Shown: in pieces, positions 13,050 to 25,600 of the stretch
Layout of the letters: each line of letters begins with the position of its first letter
How positions within the stretch are numbered: position 1 is the stretch's first letter
Assembly (NCBI RefSeq): GCF_020745735.1
Contig: NC_083450.1
Span: 10,537,883-10,601,882, forward strand
Direction: 5' to 3'
DNA from: Hemiscyllium ocellatum
Taxonomy: Eukaryota
DNA: 64,000 bases
Program-made: the position numbers and the translations under genes
The notes under the pieces: generated by a model
What the model was told of the DNA's origin: nothing
Databases searched by the model: none
Seen by the model: only the letters and a program-made list of their open reading frames with translations

Positions 13050-15340
13050 TATTACATGGAGCATAGAACATAGAAAATTACAGTACAGCAGCTTCGGCAT
13101 ACGATGTTGTGACTACCTGCGGAGCCAATCGGAAGGCTATCTACCTTATTCTATTCCATATACATTATCATATTCCATAACTTTACCAAATGGCCATTTT
13201 GATGTCTTTAAAGTTGACGAGTCCAGTACTGTTGCAGGCAGTGCATTCTACGCTCCTATTGTGCTCTGAGTAAAGAAACTACCTCTGCATCTGACCTATA
13301 TCTAACTCCCCTCAATTTTATGCTATGCCTCTCCTGCTAGCCATCACCATCCGAGGGAAAGGCTCTCATTGTCCACAGTATATCATGCGCTGATTACTTA
13401 TATGCATCAATTAAATTTCCTCTCAACCTTCTCTCTAACGACAACAGCGTTAAGTCTTTCAGCCTTTTCTCGTAAGGCCCTCTCTCCATAATAGGCAACA
13501 ACCTCGTAAATCTCCACTTTCCAAAGATTCCACGTTCTTCCTCTAGTGTGGTCACTAGAAATGTATGCAATACCCCAAGTGTGGCCGCACCAGAGTTTTG
13601 TACATCTGCAGCTTGCCCTAGTGACTCCAAAACTGAATCCTTCTACTAATAAATGAAATACACGTTATGCCTGATTAACAATCCTATCAACCTCAGGGTT
13701 TACATTAACACTGAGATCTCTCTGCTCTTCTGCACGACCAAGAATCTTACCATTGACCCACTAAACTGCATTCCTGTTACTCCTTCATAACTTTTACGAA
13801 TTACACTCCAGTTGTCACCTTTCAGCCCAACTCTGCAGGAAATCTATGTCCCTTTGTAACCTGCAACATCCTTCAGCTCTGTGTGCAACTCCACTGACCT
13901 TAGTTTTATTTCAAACTTACTAACTCATCCTTCTACGCCCTCATTTAGGTCATTTATAAAATCACAAACAGCAGTGGCCTCAAAGCAGATCCTTGATTCA
14001 GACCACGAGTAACTGAACTCCAGGATGAACATTTCCCAGCAACCACGACCGTCTGCATCTTTCTGCTAGCCAATTTCAGATCCAAACCGTTAAATCATCC
14101 TCAAACCCAAGCCTCCGTGTTTTGTGGATTCGCCTACCATGGGGAACCTTATCAATCTCCTTACTAAAATCTGTATGCACCACGTCAACTGCGTTACCCT
14201 CATGTGTAACGTTTATAGCTACAGTGTTGCTTGAGCACCACCAAAACTCTTTCTTCATTACATCAATGATGTCAGTAGTGCTGCTTTCAGCTCTCAAGCG
14301 CAATGGAACAAAATCTTCAGTTTTGATTCGAATATCCATCGTTCTCCTACACGTGGACAATCCTACCTTTCAATTCTCTTCCTTGACTTCACAGATTCCA
14401 TGATTTAGGATGGAAATCCAAGACCAACCTCAAGACACCCACAGTTAACTGTGCTATACTTCGCCACATGTTGCTTCCTGAAGAAAAAAATGTTTTGCTA
14501 ATTTCTAGAGTCTTTCAGTTGTACTGCATCTTTTCTGATGACACCTCTTTGCAATGACCTGTCGATTTTTTTTATCTCTCAACACATAGTGCTCACATGC
14601 TGCCATTTTTATTCAGGACAGAATCGTGTTTTCCGCAGATCCAGCAATTCTGGTCTCACCCCTACTGTCCCTCTCAAAGTAATAACTTTCTCCTGTCTTC
14701 AATTTCCACACCACGTCACTTTGAGTCAAATGATAATTTGCCACCAGTTGCATCATACCCAGCTGAATCACCATCAAACTCATTGACACCTTTAGTTCAG
14801 TGACATCATTCAGATGTCGCAAAACAGATCCTTTTGTCACACCAATCGTAACCAGAATTCTGGCTGAATACTTGCAATCAATACTACTCGCTGCCTTCTT
14901 TCGGAAAGCCAGTTTCTAATCCAAACTACTAAATCACCCTCAATCCCGTGCCTGAGCATTTTCTCCAACAACCTACCATGTGGAACGTTACCCAAGGCTT
15001 TACTGAAGTCCATATACACCACGTCAACTGCCCTAACTTCATCTACATGCTTGGTCAACTTCACAAAAAACTCAATGAGGTTTGTGAGACACGACATGCC
15101 CTTATCAAAACCATGTTGACTATCTGAAATAAAATTGTTGCTTGATAGACGATTATAAATCTTATGTCTTATAATCGTTTCCAGAACCTTTCCTACAACT
15201 GGTCTATAATTGCCTGGGTCATCTCTGTTGCACATCTTGAACAAAGGTACAACATTTGCAATCCTCCGTACCTTTGGTACTAAACCTGTAGACAATGACG
15301 ACTCAAATATGAACGCGAAAGGCTCTTATATCCCGTCCCA
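13050..15340 (-). mobile_element. Old CR1 ORF2 remnants (two segments)
   Basis: RT motifs AVDVVHTDFSK (14076-14360) and NYRPV...AVDVVYMDFSKA (14837-15295). A 3' tail lies near 13050. Confidence 0.85.
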
Positions 15341-16096
15341 AGTTTTCCAGAAATTCCTCGGATAAATATATGGAACTTTGTTGCGTTTATTATTACATAT
15401 TGCGTTCAACAAGCTTACAGACTGACACTTGTGCTCCTTTTTTTTCTTAAATGACAACATCCCCTCGTAATCGCTCCGTATTGTTCAGACTTTGCCTTTT
15501 CAGACTTGAACATTTGATTCATTTCATAAGTCTTTACGCACGCATAATGTTAGCTTCGAAGTTTTACCAATGTTTTGTCTTTTGGTCTGGCCACCTTCAA
15601 AATCTGACAAACTCACTTGTCCTCTCCCTCTGTCGGCACAAAAATAAATAACCAATCTCTTTCGTTACTGAAGTATAACAGTATCGAACTCGAAATGTTA
15701 GTTCTGTTTCTCTCACCACAAATGCTGTAAGACGTGTGATGTTTCTACACTGTTAAGAATGAAGAAGAGTATTTGAAAGATGTGGTATCTAATATTTTAA
15801 ATGCTGTCCCCATCAATCGCCAAGGCAAAGGCAACAGCGTATTAATAGCAAATGAAGCAAAATCTTGCTAAGATTGATTAGCAGAATTTTTCCAAAACTT
15901 TGCTCTCCTTTGTTGGATGAAGCTAAATGGCATTGTTGATTGGGTGAGGTGTTTTTGTTGGTTGGGAGGGGTTTGTTAGTAATTATATGGTCCCAATGAA
16001 ATTACTTTCATGTTAAAATATAAATATGTGTTAAAGTCATTCTTCCATTGCAATGACCTCAACATTTTGGCACTTCCCCTTAAATGGCACTTGTTC

Positions 16097-16102
16097 TTTA
16101 TT
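16097..16102 (-). terminator. Candidate poly(A) signal of the receptor gene
   Basis: AATAAA on the minus strand about 470 nt past the stop, in unique AT-rich sequence. Confidence 0.4.
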
Positions 16103-16570
16103 TTCAGCACAAGAACTGATATGCTAAAATAGACTCATTTATGATGGTTACCACTTAAAGATATTTAAGTCAGTTCCTCAATGGAAATTGTCTAGACTAC
16201 TGAGCGTACAAGCAATGCCCACATACCTGGATGAATATCAATAATATGAAACAAAACCGTCGTCAGTAGCGGCTGTATTACTTCTATTTTGGAATGTCCT
16301 TCGCCACTCTGATCATTCGTAATGACATATGCATATGTATATATGTTACATAGGGCAGCGATGACACAATCCTCATCAAGTGGAACTTCAGTCGTCATTA
16401 TGTCACTTCTTCTTCTGAATACATCCTCCACTTTATGACTTTGGGATTCATAACACAGAGTGGAGGAAATATTCATTTGATTATTACTGAATAAAGTCTC
16501 TTATTGACTTCAAAACGGGAGAAAATAAAAACTATTGGATGTGTTCTTCAATTCATGAATGCGTGTCCCA

Positions 16571-16615
16571 TCAGACTGTTGAGTCTACAGTGAATGCTAA
16601 ATGAGCATAGACAGT
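16571..16615 (-). CDS. Exon 6, terminal coding exon with TVYAHL motif
   Basis: Acceptor gatttcttccatag. Phase-0 reading TVYAHLAFTVDSTV* matches the phase-0 end of exon 5. Confidence 0.72.
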   Translation of the reverse strand, partial: TVYAHLAFTVDSTV

Positions 16616-19600
16616 CTATGGAAGAAATCAGATATCATTAGTTACATATACATCGAGCTGCCATAAGCGTTGATTAGTCACTTCTGTCATATAACACCAT
16701 TCAGTTAGAGTTTATATTCGCATACCCGTAATGATTTCCAATTCAACGACTATCCCAAGTCTTTTTTTTCATAAAATTGGCGAGCGGTTTGCAAATCTCC
16801 ACTCCCTCAAATGTGTTAGTTTTAAAGTTCATAACCGTTTATCCCATTGATACCCACCAGTGCAGAATTGAAAATGGCTTCTTGCTAACCACTGATTGCA
16901 AGTTACCTGCCTCTACTACCCTTCCAAGAAGTGCATTTAATTTTTTTTGTCTGCAAACCCTCTCGACAACTTGTGCCTTTCGCCTTAAAATTAGCCCCAT
17001 TGTTATTGATTTTTCAATTAAGGGGGAAACTACCTTTCCACCACAATCATGCTGCTCATTCTCTTATACACATTAATAAAGGTTCCCCTCAGCCTTGTCC
17101 ACTCTAAAAGAAATGAGAGACTATTCAGTCTCTCTTTATAGTGATACTACTGCATCTCTGTAACATCCTGGTGAATCTCCACTTCAACCCTGCAGTGCCA
17201 TCACATCCATAGGTTATGTCGCGTGAAGATTACACAGGCAGAAAAAAAAATGAGTGACCCTTAAACAAAGTCAGAGAATAGTGGAGGAAGTATCATAGTC
17301 CACCGTGACCATTGGACCGTCAAACATAAATACCACCTTGGATACTGTTGGGTGAAGACCACTCAGGAGAAAACAGCAACTGCTCCCTCATGAGTGCCTG
17401 ACGAGAGAAATGATGTGTCAGATAGGCGTTTCAGTTCTTGAGGCATTGGCACTGTTTCTGAGGAAGATGGGACCTGTAACACCTGACGGGGTGCACCTAG
17501 TAAGAGGTGTGAAAGTACCCTCGTAGCGGCTTTCTCCAGTTCCATTAGTGAGGGTTTTAACTTAATACGATGTGAGTGTGGCAATCAAAGCGTAGGATTA
17601 GATGTGTCAGATTCAGATAATAAAACGCGAGTTATAATGTTAGTTTGTGATGGAGACAGCGGCTTAGAGAGACAAAGAAACGAGAATTCTAAAGCGACGA
17701 GTAAAGGGATTCAGTTGCTTATACTACAATACAAGGAGTATTGCAACTAAGGCAGATGCAGTAATGGCATATGAGAGCATATGGAAACATGGCACATTTG
17801 GTTTAATCGAGAATTAGCTAAATGAACGGCAAAAGTGACCACTTACTATGCCTGGTCATACATTTTTAAAGTAGAATAACTGTGGATGTTCAAAAGAAGA
17901 GGGGATACATCATTACTAGTTAAAGAATCAACGTATGATAAACGAAACGGGTTAAGAAACAAGGCATTATGGATTACCTTTTGAAATTTAAAAAATTGGC
18001 AGTCGCACAACTGGAGTGTACAACAGACCCGAAATAGTGCGAGGAAGAGAGATGAACATATATTTAGACAATGTTTGCCCTTCGGTATAACATTTCAAGA
18101 ACAGTAGAAGACAATTTAACTACCCCAATTCCAACGACAGGTCAGACAATATACGGAGCATTGAGATTGAAAAAATCATGAATTGCTTCTAAATGAAACT
18201 TTTTTAAAAAATGGCAACATGTGTCAATGCCATTGAAATGAGAGATTTCGCAAATTTTAGCCCCGGGAGATGAAGATAGGCAAGTGAGCGAGCATCTGAC
18301 AGTGGTCAACTGTTGGAAATAGTGATCACTATTCAGTTGCATTTTGTACTGTTAAAGGACCGAGTTAAACCAGGAATCAAATATTAAAGCTGCATGAAGG
18401 AAATCTTAATAAAACCGAGAAGTGATTTGGCTGATTTGCACTGAGCAGGACTGCTAGTGGATAAATCAGTGATGAACCCGTTGGAAGCAGTATTTAGTGA
18501 GATCTATTGGGCACGAAGCAGACATAGTCCTTCAAAAAATAAGAATAGTACTGCCAAATCTTGACCAGAATCTTTATTTTAAAAAGTACAGAGAAAGATT
18601 CAGCAGAAAAATAAACTTATGATATTCACAAAACAAAAAAACTCGATGCCACAGAAAACCTACAGTAACATCGAACTTACCGGGATTGAGTTTTAAAAAA
18701 TGACAAGATGGAGAACAGGAAAAACTGTGCAGTAACAGATACTCCTTGTTGAGGTATTTACAATGCTGGAACAGATTTGCTCGAATTCTAGGGGCAAAAA
18801 AATTACTGTTTTATAAGCTTTCCATTGGTTTGAAACTTTGAGGAAAACAAGATCAAACCAACGTCATTTTAAAAGAGGTGGAAGGGAGACAAAGAAGTGA
18901 CACCATAGTGGGAAGTGAATCAACGGAGAAAGAAATCTACATTGTTGTCTGACCTAGCGGTAAACCTTCACAGCTGCTGCCTTTGCAGTTTGATTTCAAG
19001 GTCCTCTACACATTGGAGTTCATCTAAGAAAAATAAGCGAACGGTGAAATTGAACGCTATCCTTGGAGAAATCTGTGTGGAGATCACAGCTGAAGCTCAA
19101 CTAAATGGCGAGCTTTTTTGTAAATCTACAATAGCGAGTAGAGTGGTTTCTTATAATTCTATTGACATCGGTCTCTTGTTCAAACATTAAAATCTCAAAA
19201 CATAGCTAGTAATTTAGCCTGGAGCCGTGTTTGTACAGGAGTAAGACTGTACTTTTTTTTCTGGATCTGTAGATTGCCAAGATGCAAAGAGGACCTTTAT
19301 TAAAGTGATGTGCACTTCTGTCGGATGTGAGAGATTAGGGCGCGTTTCCATGATACTGATAATTATATATCCAGAAAATGTATGTGGTTGACAATCCAAT
19401 CAATTTCCATGCATTGGCCGGATCAGCAGTTAGCGGCAATCAGGAATGTACAGAGTTGTCCGTGTGATGAATGGCAGTTGCAGGAAGGAAGATAATCTGA
19501 AGATCAGTTCTGATAGATGGGTGACCTCCGGAAAGATAGGAAAGTGAGGCAAGTCGTGTAAGATTCTGCTGTGGCTATCCACATCTCAAACCACTATGCT

Positions 19601-22600
19601 GTTTTGGAAAACGTAGGGTGTGATGAAATCATGGGAATGTAACACTGATAGCCAGATACCGAGACTGGCTGCAATGTAACGAGTGGTAATTCAGGTTTGA
19701 AACAGTCGGCTGTGACAGGGGACTCTCTAGTCAGATGTGTCGGCGGACGTGTCTCCAACCGACCGTGACACATCAGATTGGTGTTTTGGCTACCTGGTAC
19801 CAAAATCAAGGATAACTACGAAAGAGTGTAGAATATTCTTAACTGCGAGAGAAACTAGCAGGAGGGTGCTGCACATATCGGAACTAATGACACTAGAAGT
19901 CCGAAGGACAGGATTCTGAGGAGAGTCAAGGGAGTTAGGCAGGGATATGAAAAGGATGTCCTCGAAGACGGTAACAACTGGGTTCTCCCAGTGTCAAAAG
20001 CTAGTTGGGTTAGGAATTGGACGATAGAGCAGATGAATGCGTCGCTGAGAATCTGGTCCAGGAACGAAGCATTCATATTTTTGGATCGTTCAAAGATCTT
20101 CTGAAATGGGAGTGACTTGTATAAGAAAGGTACATTGCAACTGGATTGGAAGGGGACTAATATACTGGCGGGGTGAATTGCATCGAGCTGCTCTGGAGGA
20201 CATAAAACAGGAAGTGGGGGGGATCAGGGAGATAGTGAGGAAAGGGATCAGTCTGAGATTGATGCAGTTGGGAAAAACTCAGTTGAGTAAGTCAAACAGT
20301 CAGAGCAGGCAGGAACAAAGCAGAGGACGTGGTACGACTGATAAATGAAACTGCATTTATTTCAGAAAGGTTGAACATGCAAGGCAGATGAACTGAGTAT
20401 ATGGTTGAGAACATGGGACTGGGCTATCATAATAATTATAGAGATATGGTTCAGGGATGTACAGAACTGGCAGCTTTGTGTTCCAAGATGTTGATACAAG
20501 GGGAAGGAAAGCAAATAGAGCAGGAGAGGAGGGTGCTTTTGATAAAGGATAACACTATGACTGTACTGAGCGTGGTTATTCCCGGGAATACTTACAGTAA
20601 TGTTATTTGTGTGGATTTGAATAATAAGAAAAAGTTGTTCAGCTTACTGGGACTGTATAACAGACAACCCAATAGTCAGTGAGAAAAAAAACACACACAT
20701 TTGTAAGGATGTCTCGGTAGTCATTGAGAAGAAGAAGATGGTGTGGTAGGGGATATTAATATTTGAAGCATAGACCAGCTCTGCTACAATGCTAAGGGCT
20801 TAGAGAGAGAAAAAAAAAGTTTATGTGCACAAGTAATTTATTATGTGGATGCATTACTCCAGAAGTTGCAAAATACGTCCTATTCTTCATGAGTAAGGCA
20901 ATGCAGATGACTAAGGTGTCAGTAATGCAGAGCTTTATGGCCGGAGACCATAATTCTATTGGTTTTAAAATAGATTTGATTTTGAAAATTATTTCTTTAA
21001 GTTGGAGGAAGGCCAATTTTGACGACATTACTCGGGAACTTTCAAAAGTAGTTTATGCAGATGTTCCCAGATAAAGGATCAAATGGAAAATTAGAATCAT
21101 TTAACATTAAAACAATGGAGTCCAGAGATAGTATGTTCCTGTTAAAGTAAAGGGCAAGTAGAAGTAGTGAATCCTGGATTCCTAGAGAATTTGAGGTTTT
21201 GGTCAGGAATAAGAAAGAAGCATGTGTCATGCGTACACAGCAGGGATCGACTGAATTCCGGGAAAAGTACCAAGAGGAAAATCAGGAGGGCCTAAAAGGG
21301 ACATGAAAAAGCTTTGGCAAATTGAGTTAAGAAGAATCCAAAGGAATTTTCCAAATACATTAATGATAACGGAGTTACCAGGCAGAAAATAAGATCCTAG
21401 AACAAACAGAGTTGTTGTCTCTGGTTTGTTACCCGTGCCACGTGATAGAGAGTCGAGGAATAGGGAGAGAGAGCAGTTAAATGTGTGGCTACAGGCATGG
21501 TGCAGGAGGGAGGGATTCCGGTTTCTGGACAACTGGGGTTCTTTCTGGGGAAGGTGGGACCTCTATAAACAGGATGGTCTACACCTGAACCTGAGGGGCA
21601 CCAGTATCCTTGGGGGGAGGTTTGCTAGTGCTCTTTGGGAGGGTTTAAACTAACTCTGCAGGGGCATGGGAACCTGGACTGTAGCTTCAGGGTACAGGAC
21701 CTTGAGTGTTGGGAGGTTAGGAACAAGGCATCGATTTCGAAGGAGGGTGCCTGTAAACAGAAAGGTGGCTTGAAGTGTGCATACTTCAATGCCAGAAGTA
21801 TAAGAAATAAGGTAGGTGGACTTGCAGCGTGGGTTTGTACCTGGGACTTCGATGTTGTGGCCATTACAGAGACGTGGGTAGAAGAGGGGCAGGAATGGCT
21901 GTTGCAGGTTCCAGGGTTTAAATGTTTTAGTAGGGTCAGACATGGGGGTAAAAGAGGGGGAGGTTTAAAGTCTGGTTGAAGATTTGTAGCTCGGGTGTCC
22001 GTTGTTGTGGTTCTGTTCGCCGAGCTGGAAGTTTTTGCTGCAAACGTTTCGTTCCCTGGTTCGGGAACATCATCAGTGCTATTGGAGCCTCCTGAGAAGC
22101 GCTGCTTTGATGTTTCTTCCGGTATTTATAGTGGTCTGTTCTTGCCGCTTCCGGGTGTCAGTTTCAGCTGTAGTAGTTTGTATGTGGGGTCCAGGTTGAT
22201 GTGTCTGTTGATGGATCTTCTTGCCGTTTCCGGGTGTCAGTTTCAGCTGTAGTGGTTTGTATATTGGGTCCAGGTCTATGTGTCTGTTAATGGAGTTTGT
22301 GGATGAATGCCATGCCTCTAGGAATTCCCTGGCTGTTCTCTGTCTGGCTTGTCCTATGATGGTAGTGTTTTCCCAGTCAAATTCATGTTCCTGGTTGTCT
22401 GAGTGTATGGCTACTAGGGATAGCTGGTCGTGTCGTTTTGTGGCTAGCTGATGTTCGTGGATGCGGATTGTTAGCTGTCTTCCTGTTTGTCCTATATAGT
22501 GTTTTGTGCAGTCCTTGCATGGTATTTTGTAAACTACGTTAGTTTGGCTCGTGCTGGCTATTGGGTCCTTTGTTCTAGTGAGTTGTTGTCTGAGTGTGGA

Positions 22601-25600
22601 AGTTGGCTTGTGGGCTGTTAGGAGTCCTAAGGGTCGCAGTAGTCTGGCTGTCAAACTAGTACAGCTGAAACTGACACCCGGAAGCGGCAAGAACAAACCA
22701 CTATAAATACCGGAAGAAACATCAAAGCAGCGCTTCTCAGGAGGCTCCAATAGCACTGATGATGTTCCCAACCAGGGAACGAAACGTTTGCAGCAAAAAC
22801 TTCCAGCTCGGCGAACAGAACCACAACAGAGGGGGAGGTGTGGCATTGCTTGTCAAGGATAGCATTACAGCGGTGGAAAGGACGATGGAGGAAGACTTGC
22901 CATATGAGGTAGTTTGGGCTGAGGTTAGAAATAGGAAAGGTGAGGTCACCCTGTTAGGTGTTTTCTACAGGCCTCCCAATAGTCCGAGAGAAGTAGAGGA
23001 TAGTATTGCGAGGATGATTCAGGAGAAGAGTGAAAGTAGCAGGGTGGTTGTTATGGGGGACTTTAACTTCCCAGATATTGACTGGGGAATCTATAGCTCG
23101 AGTTCGTTAGATGGGTTGGTGTTTGTCCAATATGTGCAGGAGGGTTTCCTGACACAATATGTAGACAGGCCAACAAGAGGTGAGGCTATACTGGATTTGG
23201 TTCTAGGTAATGAACCAGGCCAGGTGTTAGACTTGGAGGTAGGTGAGCACTTCGGGGACAGTGACCACAACTCGGTGACTTTTACTTTAGTGACGGAGAG
23301 GGATAAGTGTGCACTGCAGGGCAAGAGCTACAGCTGGGGACAGGGAAATTATGATGCGGTGAGGCATGACTTAGGATGTGTGGATTGGAAAAACAGGCTT
23401 CAGGAGAAGAACACTAATGATATGTGGAGATTGTTCAAGGAACACCTATTGAGTGTCCTTGATAAGTATGTACCAGTCAGGCAGGGAGTAGAGGGTCTTG
23501 TGAGGGAGCCGTGGTTTAATAGGGAATTGGAATCCCTTGTGAAAGGGAAGAGGGCGGCCTATGTAAGGATGAGGCGTGAAGGTTCAGTTGGGGCGATTGA
23601 GAGTTATAAGGTAGCCAGGAAGGATCTGAAGAGAGAGCTAAGAGCAGCGAGAAGGGGACATGAAAAGTCCTTAGTTGGTAGGATTAGGGAAAACCCAAAG
23701 GCTTTCTATAGGTATGTCAGGAATAAAAGGATGACTAGGGTAGGTATCGGTCCAGTCAAGGATAGTAGTGGGAAGTTGTGCGTGGAGGCGGAGGAGATTG
23801 GTGAGACACTAAATCAATACTTTTCGTCAGTATTCACTCAGGAACGGGACTCTGTTGTTGGTGTGAATATTGAGTCACAAGCGATTAGAATGGTTGGCCT
23901 TGAAGTATGTAGGGAGGAGGTTTTGGGAATACTGGAAAGGATGAAAATAGATAAGTCTCCTGGGCCTGATGGCATTTACTCTAGGATCCTCTGGGAAGCT
24001 AGGGAGGAGATAGCAGAGCCATTGGCCTTGATTTTTATGTCGTCATTGTCAACGGGAATAGTACCAGAACACTGGAGGATAGCGAATGTGGTCCCCTTGT
24101 GCAAGAAGGGGAGTAGGGACAGCCCGAGTAACTATAGGCCAGTGAGTCTCACTTCTGTTCTGGGCAAAGTCTTAGAGAGAATTGTAAGGGATAAGATTTA
24201 TGAACATCTGGATAGGAATAATGTGATCAAGGATAGTCAGCATGGTTCTGTGAAGGGCAGATCGTGTCTCACAAACCTTATTGAGTTCTTTGAGAAGGTG
24301 ACTAAGGAGGTGGACGAGGGTAAAGCAGTAGATGTGGTGTATATGGATTTTAGCAAGGCGTTCGATAAGGTACCCCATGGTAGGCTAATGCAAAAACTAC
24401 GGAGATATGGCATTGAGGGTGCATTAGAGGCTTGGATTAGGAATTGGCTGGCTGGAAGGAGACAGAGGGTAGTAGTTGATGGACTATGTTCATCTTGGAG
24501 TGCAGTTACTAGCGGTGTACCACAGGGATCTGTTTTGGGACCGTTGCTTTTTGTCATCTTTATAAATGATCTCGAGGAGGGGCTTGAAAGCTGGGTGAGC
24601 AAGTTTGCGGATGACACAAAGGTCGGTGGAGTTGTGGATAGTGAAGAAGGAGGTGGCAGGTTACAGCGGGGTATAGATAGGTTGCAGATCTGGGCAGAAA
24701 GGTGGCAGATGGAATTCAATGTAGCTAAGTGTGAAGTCATTCACTTTGGTAGGAGTAACAAGAAGATGGATTACTAGGCTAATGGTAGGCTACTTGGTAG
24801 TGTGGATGAGCAGAGGGATCTTGGTGTCCATGTACACAGATCTCTGAAAGTTGCCACCCAGGTAAATAGTGCTGTGAGGAAGGCATATGGTGTACTGGGC
24901 TTTATTGGTAGAGGAATTGAGTTCCGGAGTCCTGAGGTCATGTTGCAGTTGTATAAGACTCTGGTGCGGCCTCATCTGGAGTATTGTGTGCAGTTTTGGT
25001 CGCCATACTATAGGAAGGATGTGGAGGCATTAGAACGAGTGCAGAGGAGGTTTACCAGGATTTTGCCTGGCATGGTAGGAAGATCGTATGAGGAAAGGCT
25101 GAGGCACTTGGGCCTGTTCTCATTGGAGAAAAGAAGGTTTAGGGGAGATTTGGTAGAGGTGTATAAGATGATTAGGGGTTTAGATAGGGTAGACACTGAG
25201 AACCTTTTACCGCTAATGGAGTCAGCTGTTACTAGGAGACACAGCTTTAAATTAAGGGGTGGTAGGTATAGGACAGATGTTAGGGGTAGATTCTTTACAC
25301 AGCGGGTTGTGAGTTCATGGAATGCCCTGCCAGTAGCAGTGGTGAACTCTCCCTCTTTATGGTCATTTAAGCGAGCATTGGATAAGCATATGGAGGTCAT
25401 TGGGCTAGTGTCGGTTAGGTAGGATTTGGTCGGCGCAACATCGAGGGCCGAAGGGCCTGTACTGCGCTGTATTTTTCTATGTTCTATGTTCTATGTTCTA
25501 AGTTCAAAAATGCCGCCTAATTGTGGAACTGCAGGAGACAGGTAAGATCCTAAATCAATATTTTGCATCAGCATTTACTGTGAAGAAGATATGGGAGATA

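Larger units (their letters stand above)
21405..25500 (+). mobile_element. Young CR1 LINE (ORF1 C-terminus plus nearly intact ORF2)
   Basis: APE endonuclease (YFNARSIRNK, VMGDFNFP, GDSDH) and RT (YRPVSLTS, GVPQGS, FADDT). One in-frame TAG at 24775-24777. Interrupted by a Penelope insertion. (TTCTATG)n tail. Confidence 0.97.

Noticed and set aside
16192-16476. 94-aa minus ORF, and an EEEVT**RLKF ITIM-like ghost in another frame
   Set aside because: It lies in the predicted 3' UTR with no recognisable domain and weak acceptors. The ghost motif needs two stops reverted.
17363-17584. 73-aa minus ORF as a possible cytoplasmic exon
   Set aside because: It is antisense to a decayed CR1 ORF1 end.
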